Shown: one piece after another, positions 25,712 to 36,539 of the stretch
How positions within the stretch are numbered: the first letter of the stretch is position 1
Layout of the letters: every line of letters starts with the position of its first letter
Notes under the pieces: generated by a model
Databases searched by the model: none
Told to the model about the DNA's origin: nothing
What the model saw: the letters and a program-made list of their open reading frames with translations, nothing else
Source: Eubacteriales bacterium
GTDB lineage: Bacteria > Bacillota > Clostridia > Oscillospirales > QAKW01
NCBI GenBank assembly: GCA_045541535.1
Contig: JAZQJG010000034.1
Location: 13,780 to 77,779, forward strand
DNA: 64,000 bases
Reading direction: 5' to 3'
Made by a program: the position numbers and the translations under genes

Positions 25712-28129
25712 TTATTGGCCGATACGGGAGGAGTTCGACTTGCTTTGCGGAAGAGCAACAAAAGAAGATCTTTTTGACTCTCCCATTCTGGGAGCATACA
25801 ACAGTGCATGCTCCAAAACCTGCTCCATATCGGACACGGGCAAGAATTTTACACCTTGCCGAATACTTTGATCCAGTTCAAACGTATCGCTCAAATTATC
25901 CTTGGGAATGATCACGGTTTTAATACCGTGTTTGATGGCGGCTGTCGCCTTTTCCTTCAAGCCGCCGATGGGAAGCACTCTGCCATTCAGGGTCACCTCA
26001 CCGGTCATGGCAATCTTGTTGGAAACAGGAATACCGCTCAAAGAAGAAAAAATAGCAGTTGCAACCGTAATTCCGGCAGAAGGTCCATCCTTCGGTACAG
26101 CACCTTCCGGAAAATGAATATGGATATCCTTGGTTTTATAAAAATCCGTATCTAAACCGTATTTTTCAGCAACGGAGCGAATAAAAGAGATTGCTATTTT
26201 GGCAGATTCTTTCATAACCTCGCCCAAAGATCCGGTCAACTCCAGTTTTCCGTTACCCTCCAGTACGATCACTTCCACGTTCAGCATTTCTCCGCCAACG
26301 CTGGTCCAAGCCAACCCATTGGCAATACCCGCCACGGCGCCGTCGTACAGTTCTTCCTCTTTATAGGTTTTAGATCCCAAAAACTTTTCAAGATTTTTAG
26401 CAGTGACGGAAACGTATTTGCCGCCACCCTCCACCAATTGTCTGGCGGCTTTGCGCATCACCTTGCCAATCAATCGTTCCAGATTACGCACACCGGCTTC
26501 ACGGGTGTATCCGGAAATGATTGCAACGATTGCTTCATCCGTAATGCGGAATTTGCCGCCGGTAAGTCCGTGCGCCTTGCGCTGTTTGGGAATCAAGTGA
26601 TTTTTGGCAATGGCGATCTTCTCAAATTCCAGATAACTGGGTACCTCAATCACGTCCATTCTGTCCAAGAGCGGTCTGGGAATGGTGTCCAAGGTGTTGG
26701 CAGTGGTAATGAAAAAAACTTCGGACAGATCAAAGGGTACTTCCATATAGTGATCCGTATAGGTACAATTCTGTTCAGGATCCAGCACTTCCAGCAGAGC
26801 CGCACCGGGATCTCCCTTAAAATCAGAGCCAAGCTTATCAATTTCATCCAACAAGATCACAGGATTTTGAGAACCGGCATTTTCAATTGCCGCCATAATA
26901 CGGCCGGGCATAGCGCCGATATAAGTTTTCCGATGACCTCGGATTTCGGCCTCATCGTGGACGCCGCCCAAAGAAACTCGGGCAAAATTACGTCCCATAG
27001 CCTCCGCAATTGATCTTGCCACCGAAGTCTTGCCCACGCCGGGCGGGCCAACCAGGCACAAAATCTGGCCCTTAAGATCACTGAGTTGTTTGACGGCAAG
27101 CATTTCAAGAATGCGTTCCTTTACTTTGACAAGACCGTAATGATCCCTATCCAAAATTTCCTTGGCTCTGTCAAGGGACAGGTTGTCCTCGGTTTTAACG
27201 TCAAAGGGCATTTCCAGAACGATATCAAGATAACTGCGAATCACAGCTCCTTCATGGGACATCGGCGGCATTTTGGCAAGACGGGATACCTCTTTATAGA
27301 GCTTTTGCTTGCTTTTGGCGTCGATGGACAATTCACCGATGATATCGCGGTAGCGTTGCAAATCTTCAAAGTCGTCCTCGCCTTCGCCCAGCTCTCCCTG
27401 AATCACCTTCAGTTGTTCTCGAAGATAGTATTCGTGCTGATTTTGATCCATATTCTCCTTAACGCGCATCTGTAGGTCATCCTCCAGTTGCAACAGGTCA
27501 TTTTCCTGCATTAAGGTCTCAATGACATACTGCATACGCTTGTAAGGATCAAGATTTTCAAGCGCCTCTTGCTTGATCATATAATCAAAGGCGCTGTTAC
27601 CGGCAATGTAGTCCACCAGCTGACCGCAGTCATCAAACTGATTGAGATTAATCAAAACGTCCGGGGTAATCTGATGATTGAGATCCACGTAGCCGGAAAA
27701 CAATTCTTTAACCAAACGGGCGCTGGCTGTCTGTCCTGCCGTTTGAATCGGTGCCGCAATTTCATCAATCTTTAACACTTCTGCATTCAGAGAGCCACCG
27801 ACAGACATTACCTTTAAGAGATCAACACGGTATTTACCGTCAACGAAAGCGCACAGCGTGTCATTGGAAACACGCACAACCTGCTTGATTTCGGCTACTA
27901 CGCCCATAGGAAACAAATCCTCAGGACCGGGATGATCTTTGGTAATATCCTTCTGCGCCACCAAAACAATTTTTCTATTATGCTTCATTGAACGCTGAAC
28001 GGCATTAATTGACTCTTCCCTACCGATATCAAAGCTGGCGGTGGTGCCGGGAAAAATCACAAGACCACGCAATGCCAACACAGGCAAACGCTCAATGGTA
28101 TTATTTTTTACTTCAAATTCAATGCTCAC
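25712..28129 (-). CDS. lon: ATP-dependent Lon protease (endopeptidase La)
   Basis: 805 aa. LON N-domain, Walker A GPPGVGKTS, catalytic PKDGPSAGIT. Confidence 0.95.
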   Translation of the reverse strand: MSIEFEVKNNTIERLPVLALRGLVIFPGTTASFDIGREESINAVQRSMKHNRKIVLVAQKDITKDHPGPEDLFPMGVVAEIKQVVRVSNDTLCAFVDGKYRVDLLKVMSVGGSLNAEVLKIDEIAAPIQTAGQTASARLVKELFSGYVDLNHQITPDVLINLNQFDDCGQLVDYIAGNSAFDYMIKQEALENLDPYKRMQYVIETLMQENDLLQLEDDLQMRVKENMDQNQHEYYLREQLKVIQGELGEGEDDFEDLQRYRDIIGELSIDAKSKQKLYKEVSRLAKMPPMSHEGAVIRSYLDIVLEMPFDVKTEDNLSLDRAKEILDRDHYGLVKVKERILEMLAVKQLSDLKGQILCLVGPPGVGKTSVARSIAEAMGRNFARVSLGGVHDEAEIRGHRKTYIGAMPGRIMAAIENAGSQNPVILLDEIDKLGSDFKGDPGAALLEVLDPEQNCTYTDHYMEVPFDLSEVFFITTANTLDTIPRPLLDRMDVIEVPSYLEFEKIAIAKNHLIPKQRKAHGLTGGKFRITDEAIVAIISGYTREAGVRNLERLIGKVMRKAARQLVEGGGKYVSVTAKNLEKFLGSKTYKEEELYDGAVAGIANGLAWTSVGGEMLNVEVIVLEGNGKLELTGSLGEVMKESAKIAISFIRSVAEKYGLDTDFYKTKDIHIHFPEGAVPKDGPSAGITVATAIFSSLSGIPVSNKIAMTGEVTLNGRVLPIGGLKEKATAAIKHGIKTVIIPKDNLSDTFELDQSIRQGVKFLPVSDMEQVLEHALLYAPRMGESKRSSFVALPQSKSNSSRIGQ

Positions 28130-28200
28130 TTAAAAGACTCCTTGCATATAATCACATTTAATTATACTAAAAAATAACCTTGATAGCAATACTTTTTTAT

Positions 28201-28240
28201 ATATTAAAAACGGGTAATTTTTACCGTAAAAATTACCCGT
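28201..28240 (-). terminator. intrinsic terminator after clpX
   Basis: 13-bp stem ACGGGTAATTTTT / AAAAATTACCCGT with a 5-nt loop, then TTTTAATAT on the minus strand. Confidence 0.75.
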
Positions 28241-28245
28241 TAAAA

Positions 28246-29481
28246 TCATTGCTCATTTTTGGTGATAACCGTCGGTTTTTCGGTTTTGTCCACCGCAGCT
28301 CGTGTTACAATAACCTCATCTACGTTGTCCTGAGACGGCACTTCGTACATAATTTCCATCATAACGTCTTCGATAATGGAACGCAAACCTCTGGCGCCCG
28401 TTTTCTTTTCAATGGTGAGCTCAGCAATTCGCTCCAAAGCGTCTTCTGCAAAGGTAAGCTTGATGTCATCAAAACCGAAGAGCTTTTGATACTGTTTTAC
28501 CAAAGCATTTTTAGGCTCTTTCAAAATGCGCAGCATTTCGGTTTTGCCCAAAGGCTCCAAGGTTACGAGCACCGGCAAACGGCCCACGATTTCGGGAATC
28601 AAACCATACTTGGAAATATCGTGATTTTCAATCATACCGTACGTGGTGGCAGAATCATTTTCAAGTTTCTCCTTGAGCTTATTGCCGAAGCCGATACTGC
28701 CGCCACCCACACGTTTCTCCACGACCTGTGCAATTCCGTCAAAGGAACCACCGCAGATGAACATGATGTTTTTTGTATTAATTTGTATAAATTCCTGGTT
28801 AGGATGCTTTCGGCCACCTTGCGGCGGCACATTCGCCTGTGTGCCCTCCAAAATCTTCAGCAACGCCTGTTGAACGCCCTCGCCGCTAACGTCACGAGTA
28901 ATAGAAGGATTTTCACTTTTACGGGCAATTTTGTCAATTTCATCGACGTAAATGATGCCTTTCTCTGCTCTTGCTACGTCAAAATCTGCCGCTTGCAACA
29001 ACCGAAGCAGAATGTTTTCTACGTCTTCGCCCACGTAACCGGCTTCTGTCAACGTGGTAGCATCAGCGATGGCAAAAGGCACATCCAAGACTTTGGCAAG
29101 AATAGACGCCATATAGGTCTTACCACTACCGGTGGGACCGATCAACAAAATGTTGCTCTTTTGAATCTCCACGTCATCCTCGGTAGGATGCATAATGCGC
29201 TTATAATGATTGTAGACAGCTACGCTCAAAGCAATTTTGGCTCGATCCTGACCGATTACGTACTGATCCAAAATCTCCTTAATTTCCTTGGGCTTCAGAA
29301 GAATCAATTCCTCATCCACGGCGGAAGAAATGCGATGCGCTCTTAACGTTTCGCTGACAATTTCGTGACAATATTCCACACATTCATCGCAAATCAGTGC
29401 ATCATTGCCGGCAATCATCTGCAGTCTTTTGCCGGAAGGCGCACCGCAAAAACTGCAACGATTCATTCTATCCTTCTCCAT
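28246..29481 (-). CDS. clpX: ATP-dependent Clp protease ATP-binding subunit ClpX
   Basis: 411 aa. Zinc-ribbon CSFCG...CDEC and Walker A GPTGSGKT. Confidence 0.95.
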   Translation of the reverse strand: MEKDRMNRCSFCGAPSGKRLQMIAGNDALICDECVEYCHEIVSETLRAHRISSAVDEELILLKPKEIKEILDQYVIGQDRAKIALSVAVYNHYKRIMHPTEDDVEIQKSNILLIGPTGSGKTYMASILAKVLDVPFAIADATTLTEAGYVGEDVENILLRLLQAADFDVARAEKGIIYVDEIDKIARKSENPSITRDVSGEGVQQALLKILEGTQANVPPQGGRKHPNQEFIQINTKNIMFICGGSFDGIAQVVEKRVGGGSIGFGNKLKEKLENDSATTYGMIENHDISKYGLIPEIVGRLPVLVTLEPLGKTEMLRILKEPKNALVKQYQKLFGFDDIKLTFAEDALERIAELTIEKKTGARGLRSIIEDVMMEIMYEVPSQDNVDEVIVTRAAVDKTEKPTVITKNEQ

Positions 29482-29533
29482 ATTTCACACCTCTTGTGAT
29501 GAAAAGCCGACGCAAAAAGCGCCGGCTTTTACT

Positions 29534-30118
29534 TTAGTTTCTTTTTTCAATGACCTTATCAATCAAGCCGTATTCGGCGGCCTGCGCGGCACTCATAAAG
29601 TTGTCACGTTCCGTGTCCCGTTCGATCACGTCCAACGGCTGACCGGTGGCTTCCGAAAGCATTTGATTCAGATTGTGCCGAATCTTTAAGATATGATCCG
29701 CTTGAATCTTAATATCCGAAGCCTGCCCTTGCGCGCCGCCCAAAGGCTGATGAATCATGATCTCACTATTGGGCAAAGCATACCGCTTTCCTTTAGTACC
29801 GGCAGAAAGCAAAAATGCTCCCATACTCGCCGCCATTCCGATACAAATGGTGGATACGTCACAACGGATATATTTCATTGTATCGTAAATAGCAAGTCCT
29901 GCGCTGACAGAACCGCCGGGGCTGTTGATATAGAACTGAATATCCTTATCGGGATCCTGTGCCTCCAGATACAGAAGCTGGGCTACGATCAAGCTTGCAG
30001 TGGTATCATTTACCTGCTCGGAAAGCATGACGATACGGTCGTTCAGCAAACGGGAAAAAATATCGTAGGAACGTTCACCGCGATTGGTTTGTTCAACAAC
30101 AACAGGTACTAAACTCAT
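29534..30118 (-). CDS. clpP: ATP-dependent Clp protease proteolytic subunit
   Basis: 194 aa. Catalytic Ser in GMAASMGAF and His in IMIHQP. Confidence 0.95.
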   Translation of the reverse strand: MSLVPVVVEQTNRGERSYDIFSRLLNDRIVMLSEQVNDTTASLIVAQLLYLEAQDPDKDIQFYINSPGGSVSAGLAIYDTMKYIRCDVSTICIGMAASMGAFLLSAGTKGKRYALPNSEIMIHQPLGGAQGQASDIKIQADHILKIRHNLNQMLSEATGQPLDVIERDTERDNFMSAAQAAEYGLIDKVIEKRN

Positions 30119-30136
30119 GCAAATTCACCTCAAAAA

Positions 30137-31561
30137 TTATTTGTCTTCGGCGGCCTTTTTAGTGGTGGTTTTCTTAGTAGTAGTCTTGGCAGTGGACTTG
30201 GTGGAAGTGGATTTCTTTGCAGTAGAGGTGGTCTTCTTGGCCGCAGGCTTCTTCTCGGCAGTTTTCTTCTCTGCCTCCACCTTTTTCTCGGTAATCTCGG
30301 CATTCTTCTTCAGAACGTCAATAGCCTTACCGACGGCAATATCCATCTTCAACTCTTCTTCAGGAATATAGGGCTTGATCTGTTCAACTTCCATCTGATA
30401 TGCTTCAGCAAGCTTGGCGTACTCCGCCTCCAGATCCTTAGCAGTAGCCTTCAGACCCTCGGCCTTAACAACGGCTTCCAGTGCCAGTCTTACCTTCACC
30501 TGCTTTTCTGCCTCAGGCTTAAAGCCCTCACGGAAGGCTTCCTTGGTCATACCGGTGTACTTCAGGTACAGATCCAGCTTCATACCCTGCATCTGCAGTC
30601 TGGAATCAAAATCACGCTCAATATTGTCCACCTGCTTTTCAATCATGGCATCGGGTACCTCAACCACAGTTTCCTCCAGCAGTGCATCCAGCAAAGCGTT
30701 TTCCAGTTCGTTTTCGGCAGTCTTCTTTTTGCCGTCCAGCAGTTTTTTCTTGATATCCTTCTTGTAATCGGCCAGCGTATCAAACTCGCTGATATCCTTA
30801 ACGAACTCGTCGTCAATCTCGGGTAACTGTTTTTCTCTGACGTCCTTAACAGCAACCTTAAAGACAACAGCCTTGCCTTTAAGTTCTTCAGCGTGATATT
30901 CTTCAGGGAAGGTTACGTTAACGTCAACATCCTCACCCTTGTTCTTGCCGATCAGCTGATCCTCAAAACCGGGAATAAAGGTGCCGGAGCCAATCTCCAG
31001 TTCGTAGTCCTCACCCTTACCGCCGGCAAAGGGGGTGCCGTCCAGAAAACCTTCATAATCAATAACGGCAATGTCCCCGCTCTTAACTGCTCTCTCAACA
31101 GGGACAACTCGCTCGGCCTTCTTCTGCTGATCCTTGAGCTGAGCGTTAACTTCAGCGGCAGTTACAGTATAGACGTTTTTCTCAGCTTTTAAACCCTTGT
31201 AATTCTTAACTTCAGCTTCGGGCTTAACAATAACGATGGCGGTGAAAACAAAGCCTTCTTTATCAACGCTCTCAACGTTGATGTCCTTCAGGTCAACCAC
31301 GTCCAGCTTTTCCTCGGCAATTGCCTGCTCCAGCGCTTCGGGATACAATGCCTTGATGGCATCGTCAAAGAACACGCCTTCGCCGTACAGAGCCTCAATC
31401 TGTCTGCGGGTAGCCTTACCGGGACGGAAACCGGGCACGCGAATCTGCTTAGCATTTTTGCGATAAGCGGCTTCAGTAGCTTTCTCAAAAGCTTCACCCT
31501 TTACCTCAACGGTAAGAGATACTTCACTCTTTTCCAACTTTTTAACATCTGTTACTTTCAT
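30137..31561 (-). CDS. tig: trigger factor with ~50-aa Lys/Thr/Ala-rich C-terminal tail
   Basis: 474 aa. Ribosome-binding motif GFRPGKA, FKBP domain and C-terminal arms. Classic tig-clpP-clpX-lon order. Confidence 0.93.
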   Translation of the reverse strand: MKVTDVKKLEKSEVSLTVEVKGEAFEKATEAAYRKNAKQIRVPGFRPGKATRRQIEALYGEGVFFDDAIKALYPEALEQAIAEEKLDVVDLKDINVESVDKEGFVFTAIVIVKPEAEVKNYKGLKAEKNVYTVTAAEVNAQLKDQQKKAERVVPVERAVKSGDIAVIDYEGFLDGTPFAGGKGEDYELEIGSGTFIPGFEDQLIGKNKGEDVDVNVTFPEEYHAEELKGKAVVFKVAVKDVREKQLPEIDDEFVKDISEFDTLADYKKDIKKKLLDGKKKTAENELENALLDALLEETVVEVPDAMIEKQVDNIERDFDSRLQMQGMKLDLYLKYTGMTKEAFREGFKPEAEKQVKVRLALEAVVKAEGLKATAKDLEAEYAKLAEAYQMEVEQIKPYIPEEELKMDIAVGKAIDVLKKNAEITEKKVEAEKKTAEKKPAAKKTTSTAKKSTSTKSTAKTTTKKTTTKKAAEDK

Positions 31562-31598
31562 CGTGTAACCTCCTAATTATTGTTACAATCTAACTATG

Positions 31599-32282
31599 CT
31601 ATTTTAATATATTATGCAGGCAAAAGTCAAGAGAATCAGCAGAAACAATTGAAAAGTTTATGCCAAAATGTTCCCCAATCACCGCATTTTTGACAGAAAT
31701 ACCGTGTAAGTGTCCGTAAAAGCACTGTTTTACCCCATATTGCTGCATCAATTCAATCATCGGCATACACACGTCGTCGGCATAAATGGGAGGATAATGC
31801 ATAAAGACCAGCTTCTCTGTTTCCGCCGGAGCACTACTTAAAGACAACTCCAGCCGTTGGGATTCTCTGGCAATCAGCCGTTGCCAATCCTCCCCTTCCA
31901 GCGCCCACCCTCGGGTGCCGCAAAGAGCATACTCCCCATACTCAAAATAATTGTTTTGAAGAAAGAAAATATTCTCAAGTTTTCTCTCATCCAAAAAACG
32001 TTCCATTTTGGATACGGTTTCCCACCAATAATCGTGATTCCCTTTCAGTAAAATCTTTCGGCCGGGCAATGCAGACAGATACTCCAGATCAGCATATGCC
32101 TCCTCCAGATTTATTCCCCAGGAAATATCTCCGGGAATAACGACAGTATCTTTTTCACTCACCCGAACCAGCCAGTCTTCCCGAATCTTCACATCATGCC
32201 CGCTCCAACGATCGCCAAATACGTCCATTGGTTTATCGGTAGAATGGGACAGATGCAGATCCCCTATCGTCCAAAGTGCCAA
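31599..32282 (-). CDS. calcineurin-like metallophosphoesterase
   Basis: 227 aa. Motifs GDLHLS, GDISWG, GNHDYW, GHLHG. Confidence 0.75.
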   Translation of the reverse strand: MALWTIGDLHLSHSTDKPMDVFGDRWSGHDVKIREDWLVRVSEKDTVVIPGDISWGINLEEAYADLEYLSALPGRKILLKGNHDYWWETVSKMERFLDERKLENIFFLQNNYFEYGEYALCGTRGWALEGEDWQRLIARESQRLELSLSSAPAETEKLVFMHYPPIYADDVCMPMIELMQQYGVKQCFYGHLHGISVKNAVIGEHFGINFSIVSADSLDFCLHNILK

Positions 32283-32292
32283 TATAACACCT

Positions 32293-33774
32293 CTAAATCT
32301 TTAAGAAATCGCAAATTTGATCAGACATTTCCGGAGCCTGACACACCGTACCGAAACGCACGGCCTTTTCTTTCAGCCCCGCAAGAGAAGCGGGAACCTC
32401 CAGACCGGAGCGCTCACGGACCAGATCAAAGAGCTGCCACTCATCCTCCGGTTCAATGGCGGGATCAATGGCCTTACATACGCTGGCCGGGAATTTGTAG
32501 GGACTGGCAGTGGAGAGAATAACAGATTTGGTATTATCCGCGTGCTGCTCATAAACGTTCAACGCAACGGCGGTATGAGGATCAACCACGTATCCATATT
32601 CGTCATAATACTTTTTGATGGTGGCAAGAGTGGCCGTCTCATCGGTATAACCTGCCGCAAACTGAGCCTGCAGATCCGCAAGGATTTGCTCACTCACCTT
32701 ATATTTTCCGTCTTTTGCGAGAGCGGCCATATAAGAAGAAATGAGTTCATCATCATTGCCGGACAATGCAAAGAGCAAGCGCTCCAGATTGCTGGAAACC
32801 AAAATGTCCATAGAGGGAGACATAGTGGTGAAGAAGGTGCGGTTCACATCGTACTCGCCGGTGGCAATAAAATCAGTCAAAATGTTGTTTTTATTGGATG
32901 CACAGATCAGTTTACCAACCGGCAGTCCCATCAGTTTTGCAACGTATCCGGCTAAAATGTCGCCGAAATTGCCGGTAGGCACGACGAAATTAACCGGCTC
33001 ACCCGCCTTAATTTCGTTTTTATGCAACAAGTCGCAGTAAGCGGAAAAATAATAAACCACCTGCGGCACCAAGCGGCCCCAGTTGATGGAATTGGCGCTG
33101 GAGAAGACGTATCCGCCATCCTCCAAACGCTTGCATAGTTCACCGTTTGCAAAGATCTTTTTGACGCCGGTCTGGCAGTCGTCAAAATTGCCCACAACAG
33201 CGGTAACAAAGGTATTGCTACCGCCTTGGGTAACCATCTGTTTACGTTGTACCTCACTAACACCTTCACTGGGGAAGAAAACGATTACGTTGGTGTTTTC
33301 AACGTCACAAAAACCTTCCAGTGCCGCTTTACCGGTGTCACCGGAGGTGGCAACCAGAATCACCGCTTTCTTATCTTCCTTCGTCTTCCGCATAGAAGTA
33401 GTGAGAAAATGAGGCAAAATCTGCAGGGCCATATCCTTAAAAGCACAAGTCGGACCATGCCACAACTCCAACACGTAAGCGTTATCGTTGAGCTTGTGAA
33501 GCGGCGCAATATCATCACTGCCGAATTTTTCGGCGGTGTAAGCCTTTTCAACGCAATCAGTAATTTCTTCCACCGTATAATCACTCAAGAACTTGCCAAG
33601 GATAAATTTGGCTCTTGCACGATAGTCCTTGCCGGAAAGCTCCGCAAGATCGTCGGCGGACACCTTGGGGAACTCCGCCGGCCAGAACAAGCCGCCGTCA
33701 GCACTGATACCTTTCTTAATTGCCTCACAAGAAGTGAGCGAGATTTTTTTATTACGTGTACTGATATATTCCAT
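32293..33774 (-). CDS. thrC: threonine synthase
   Basis: ORF 32293..33825. Start placed at ATG 33774 (AGGAGG RBS), giving MEYISTRNKK.... PLP-lysine context CAFKDMALQ. Confidence 0.9.
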   Translation of the reverse strand: MEYISTRNKKISLTSCEAIKKGISADGGLFWPAEFPKVSADDLAELSGKDYRARAKFILGKFLSDYTVEEITDCVEKAYTAEKFGSDDIAPLHKLNDNAYVLELWHGPTCAFKDMALQILPHFLTTSMRKTKEDKKAVILVATSGDTGKAALEGFCDVENTNVIVFFPSEGVSEVQRKQMVTQGGSNTFVTAVVGNFDDCQTGVKKIFANGELCKRLEDGGYVFSSANSINWGRLVPQVVYYFSAYCDLLHKNEIKAGEPVNFVVPTGNFGDILAGYVAKLMGLPVGKLICASNKNNILTDFIATGEYDVNRTFFTTMSPSMDILVSSNLERLLFALSGNDDELISSYMAALAKDGKYKVSEQILADLQAQFAAGYTDETATLATIKKYYDEYGYVVDPHTAVALNVYEQHADNTKSVILSTASPYKFPASVCKAIDPAIEPEDEWQLFDLVRERSGLEVPASLAGLKEKAVRFGTVCQAPEMSDQICDFLKI

Positions 33775-33787
33775 CGGATTGTACCTC

Positions 33788-34720
33788 CTAATAATTTGTA
33801 CGCAAAAACTCGTGAAAATTTTCAAAAAACAAACGGTCCAAAACAGCTTCGGAAAAGCCGCTTTTTTGCAGGAAATGATAGAGATCTGTCATAGACTCCA
33901 CCCCTGTGATTCCCTGCGGCAGACAATCCACACCGTCAAAATCACAGCCAAAAGCCACGTGACCCACGCCGCAAACGTTCTGCAAATGTTTTATATGTCG
34001 CATTATAGCAGAGATATCTGCACTTTGCAAGGATAAAAAGGGCGGATAAAGATTCACCCCAACCAGACCACCGCTCTCAGCAATCCCCTTCAACAGTTCA
34101 TCCGGAAGATTCCTTGGATGAGATGTGAGCGACAAGGCATTGGAATGGGTTGCAAAAACAGGCCTCTTTGCTTGGGACAGTACGTCACTTACCGACTGAT
34201 AGGACGCGTGGGAAACGTCAATAAAAATACCGTTCTGCTCCAAAAGTTCAAGTACGGCAAAGCCCATGGCGCTTAATCCGCAGTCATCCTTTGAAAAGGC
34301 GCCGCTACCCAAACAATTGGTATGATTATAAATCATAGAAAAGATACAAACGTTTTGTTTTGAGAGGTGTACAACCCGCTCCTCCGCATCCAAGAGAGAA
34401 TCAAAAACGTCGCCACCCTCCACCGTCAAAACAGCCAGACCTTTACCGGCATCCAAATTTTGCCCATTAAAAACCGACAAGCCTTCTGCCTTCAGCAAAT
34501 CGTGGCTGTGTTGTAAAAATTCGCACAAATAATTCCACTTGTCGGCAACCGATTCCTTTATGTAGTGAGCAAAACATTGAATATAGCGGCTATACTGATT
34601 CAATTTTTGAAGATTGATATGCAGTGTATCATCTTGCAGAGTTGCGCCCTTTTCAAAGCAGGTACACAGCGTATCGCAATGTAAATCGGCAATAGAAATC
34701 ATAATATCACTCAAATGCAT
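33788..34720 (-). CDS. M19 family (renal-type) membrane dipeptidase
   Basis: 310 aa. IADLHCDT, FATHSNA and GCDFDG metal-binding motifs. The start could be ATG 34720 or 34702. Confidence 0.8.
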   Translation of the reverse strand: MHLSDIMISIADLHCDTLCTCFEKGATLQDDTLHINLQKLNQYSRYIQCFAHYIKESVADKWNYLCEFLQHSHDLLKAEGLSVFNGQNLDAGKGLAVLTVEGGDVFDSLLDAEERVVHLSKQNVCIFSMIYNHTNCLGSGAFSKDDCGLSAMGFAVLELLEQNGIFIDVSHASYQSVSDVLSQAKRPVFATHSNALSLTSHPRNLPDELLKGIAESGGLVGVNLYPPFLSLQSADISAIMRHIKHLQNVCGVGHVAFGCDFDGVDCLPQGITGVESMTDLYHFLQKSGFSEAVLDRLFFENFHEFLRTNY

Positions 34721-35066
34721 TTATAATATGATTGATTTTCATCTTTTTCTCCCCCGATGTGAACGCCAGCACTTCTATCACGTCAAAACGCACGTTGATC
34801 TCACGATCAAGGGTTGAAAGATACAACAGCGCCGTTGATTTGATCTTTTGCTGTTTTATATAAGAGACCGCTTCCATCGGTCGGGAAATCGCCGTAAAAT
34901 CGCGAGTTTTGACCTCCGCAAACACAAGCGTGTCCTTATGGCGCGCAATGATATCAATCTCACCGTAACGGGAATGAAAATTCGTTTCCAGGATGGTGTA
35001 TCCGTGGCGGCGCAGATATCGTGCCGCCACCAGTTCCCCATAGATCCCCAATTGTCTGGCATCCAT
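34707..35066 (-). CDS. yraN: YraN family (UPF0102) endonuclease-like protein
   Basis: ORF 34707..35207. Start placed at ATG 35066 (AGGGGA RBS). GELVAARYL...YGEIDIIA...FAEVKTR matches the PD-(D/E)xK-like UPF0102 pattern. Confidence 0.8.
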   Translation of the reverse strand: MDARQLGIYGELVAARYLRRHGYTILETNFHSRYGEIDIIARHKDTLVFAEVKTRDFTAISRPMEAVSYIKQQKIKSTALLYLSTLDREINVRFDVIEVLAFTSGEKKMKINHIINAFE

Positions 35067-35076
35067 AAGCAATCCC

Positions 35077-35676
35077 CTACTTGATAATCTTTTTAAGAAA
35101 AGAAGGACGGTATATTTCGTTAGGACCGTATTGAAGCAACAATTCTTTGTGCAGTTTGGTAGCGTAACCTTTATGTTTAGCCAACTGATACTGGGGATAT
35201 TTTTCATCCAGTTCCATCAGCAAGCGATCTCTGGACACCTTGGCCAGCACCGAGGCGGCCGCAATGCTGGGACTGATGGCATCACCGTGCACGACCGTAC
35301 GAAAATCGCCATAAAACCCACGGGAACAATTTCCGTCAATTAATGTAAAATCCGGTTTCGGATCCAACTGCGCAATTGCCCTGCGCATTGCCAAAAGGGC
35401 AGCATTCAAAATATTATATTCCTCTATTTCCTCTACTGATGCAAACGCAATGCCAAAGGAAATAGCCTTTTGACAAATATCGTCAAACAATTCCTCTCTG
35501 ACTTTGGGAGAAATCTTTTTGGAATCATTAAGTTTTTCGTGATAATAGTCCTGCGGAAGAATGACGGCGGCGGCGCATACGGGACCACACAGGCAACCGC
35601 GCCCCGCCTCATCCGTACCGCAAACCAGGTTAAACCCCTGATCCTTTAATTCATTTTCCAACGTAAATTCTAGCAT
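35077..35676 (-). CDS. rnhB: ribonuclease HII
   Basis: 199 aa. GTDEAGRGCLCGPV active-site motif. Confidence 0.92.
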   Translation of the reverse strand: MLEFTLENELKDQGFNLVCGTDEAGRGCLCGPVCAAAVILPQDYYHEKLNDSKKISPKVREELFDDICQKAISFGIAFASVEEIEEYNILNAALLAMRRAIAQLDPKPDFTLIDGNCSRGFYGDFRTVVHGDAISPSIAAASVLAKVSRDRLLMELDEKYPQYQLAKHKGYATKLHKELLLQYGPNEIYRPSFLKKIIK

Positions 35677-36539
35677 TGAGGCTCCTCAAAGGAAATTCTT
35701 CCCAACTTTCCGCCACGGAATTCATCCAGAATCACCGCAGCCGCTCTCTCATAATCAAAATCACCGCCGGCAATCAAAAAACCGCGCTTTTTACAAATCA
35801 TTTCGTAAATTTCAAGCGCCTCGTATCCGGATAGATCCTGCGGCAATTTATAACGCTCTGCCAGTTGCTGAGGATAGCGCTCACTCATATAACGCACAAA
35901 CTCCAAAGCAAGCTCGGTTTTGTCCAGAATATCATCGTTGATAGCGCCGGTGAAGGCCAAAAACATGCCGGTGCGCTGATCTTCAAACTTCGGCCATAAC
36001 ATTCCGGGAGTATCCAACAAATCAATCTTATCCGCCAAAGAAACCCATTGCTTGGCTCTGGTGACGCCGGGGCGATCCTGTGCCGCAGCAACCTTACGAC
36101 CGGCAAGCAAGTTGATCATCGTTGATTTGCCCACGTTTGGCACACCGGTGATCATAGCCCGCATAGATTTTTTCATACCTTTTTCTTCGTATCGATCAAT
36201 TTTGTCCTTCAGCAAGGTGCGAAGCGCGGGAATAACAGCCTTGACCGTTTTAGGATCGGCGCAGGAAAGAGCCAGCGCCGCATGGCCTTGACTTTTTAAA
36301 AAATTAACCCATTTTTGCGTAACTTCAGGATTAGCCAGATCACATTTGTTGAGCAAAAACATTCTCTTTTTGTTTTTAAACAAATCCTCAAAATCAGGAT
36401 TGATACTGCTGGCCACCACTCTGGCATCCAACAAGTGAATCACCGCATCCATTGCCGGCAATTCTTTCTCCATCATACGTCTGGTTTTGGTCATATGACC
36501 GGGGTACCACTGAATATGCAGATTACTCTCCATCATCAA
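35670..36539 (-). CDS. rbgA: ribosome biogenesis GTPase A (YlqF)
   Basis: 289 aa. Circularly permuted GTPase: NKCDL (G4) precedes GVPNVGKST (G1) and DTPG (G3). Confidence 0.9.
   Translation of the reverse strand: MMMESNLHIQWYPGHMTKTRRMMEKELPAMDAVIHLLDARVVASSINPDFEDLFKNKKRMFLLNKCDLANPEVTQKWVNFLKSQGHAALALSCADPKTVKAVIPALRTLLKDKIDRYEEKGMKKSMRAMITGVPNVGKSTMINLLAGRKVAAAQDRPGVTRAKQWVSLADKIDLLDTPGMLWPKFEDQRTGMFLAFTGAINDDILDKTELALEFVRYMSERYPQQLAERYKLPQDLSGYEALEIYEMICKKRGFLIAGGDFDYERAAAVILDEFRGGKLGRISFEEPQC

Noticed and set aside
28180-29346. 388-aa plus-strand ORF opposite clpX, and similar ORFs opposite lon, lysS, ychF, thrC and the EF-G paralogue
   Set aside because: All lie antisense to unambiguous conserved genes. 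None has a ribosome-binding site or recognisable domain.
30084-30371. 95-aa plus-strand ORF (VVVFLVVVLAV...) overlapping the tig 3' end
   Set aside because: It is the complement of the AAG/ACC-rich tail codons of tig and is a low-complexity artefact.
33775-33825. N-terminal extensions of track ORFs (thrC, folD, yraN, wecB, rlmB, queH, the EF-G paralogue, the isomerase, the TF-like lipoprotein and the Cys-rich protein)
   Set aside because: In each case an internal ATG is preceded by a strong GGAGG-type RBS at 6-10 nt and gives the family-typical N-terminus. The upstream extension overlaps the preceding gene or lacks an RBS.
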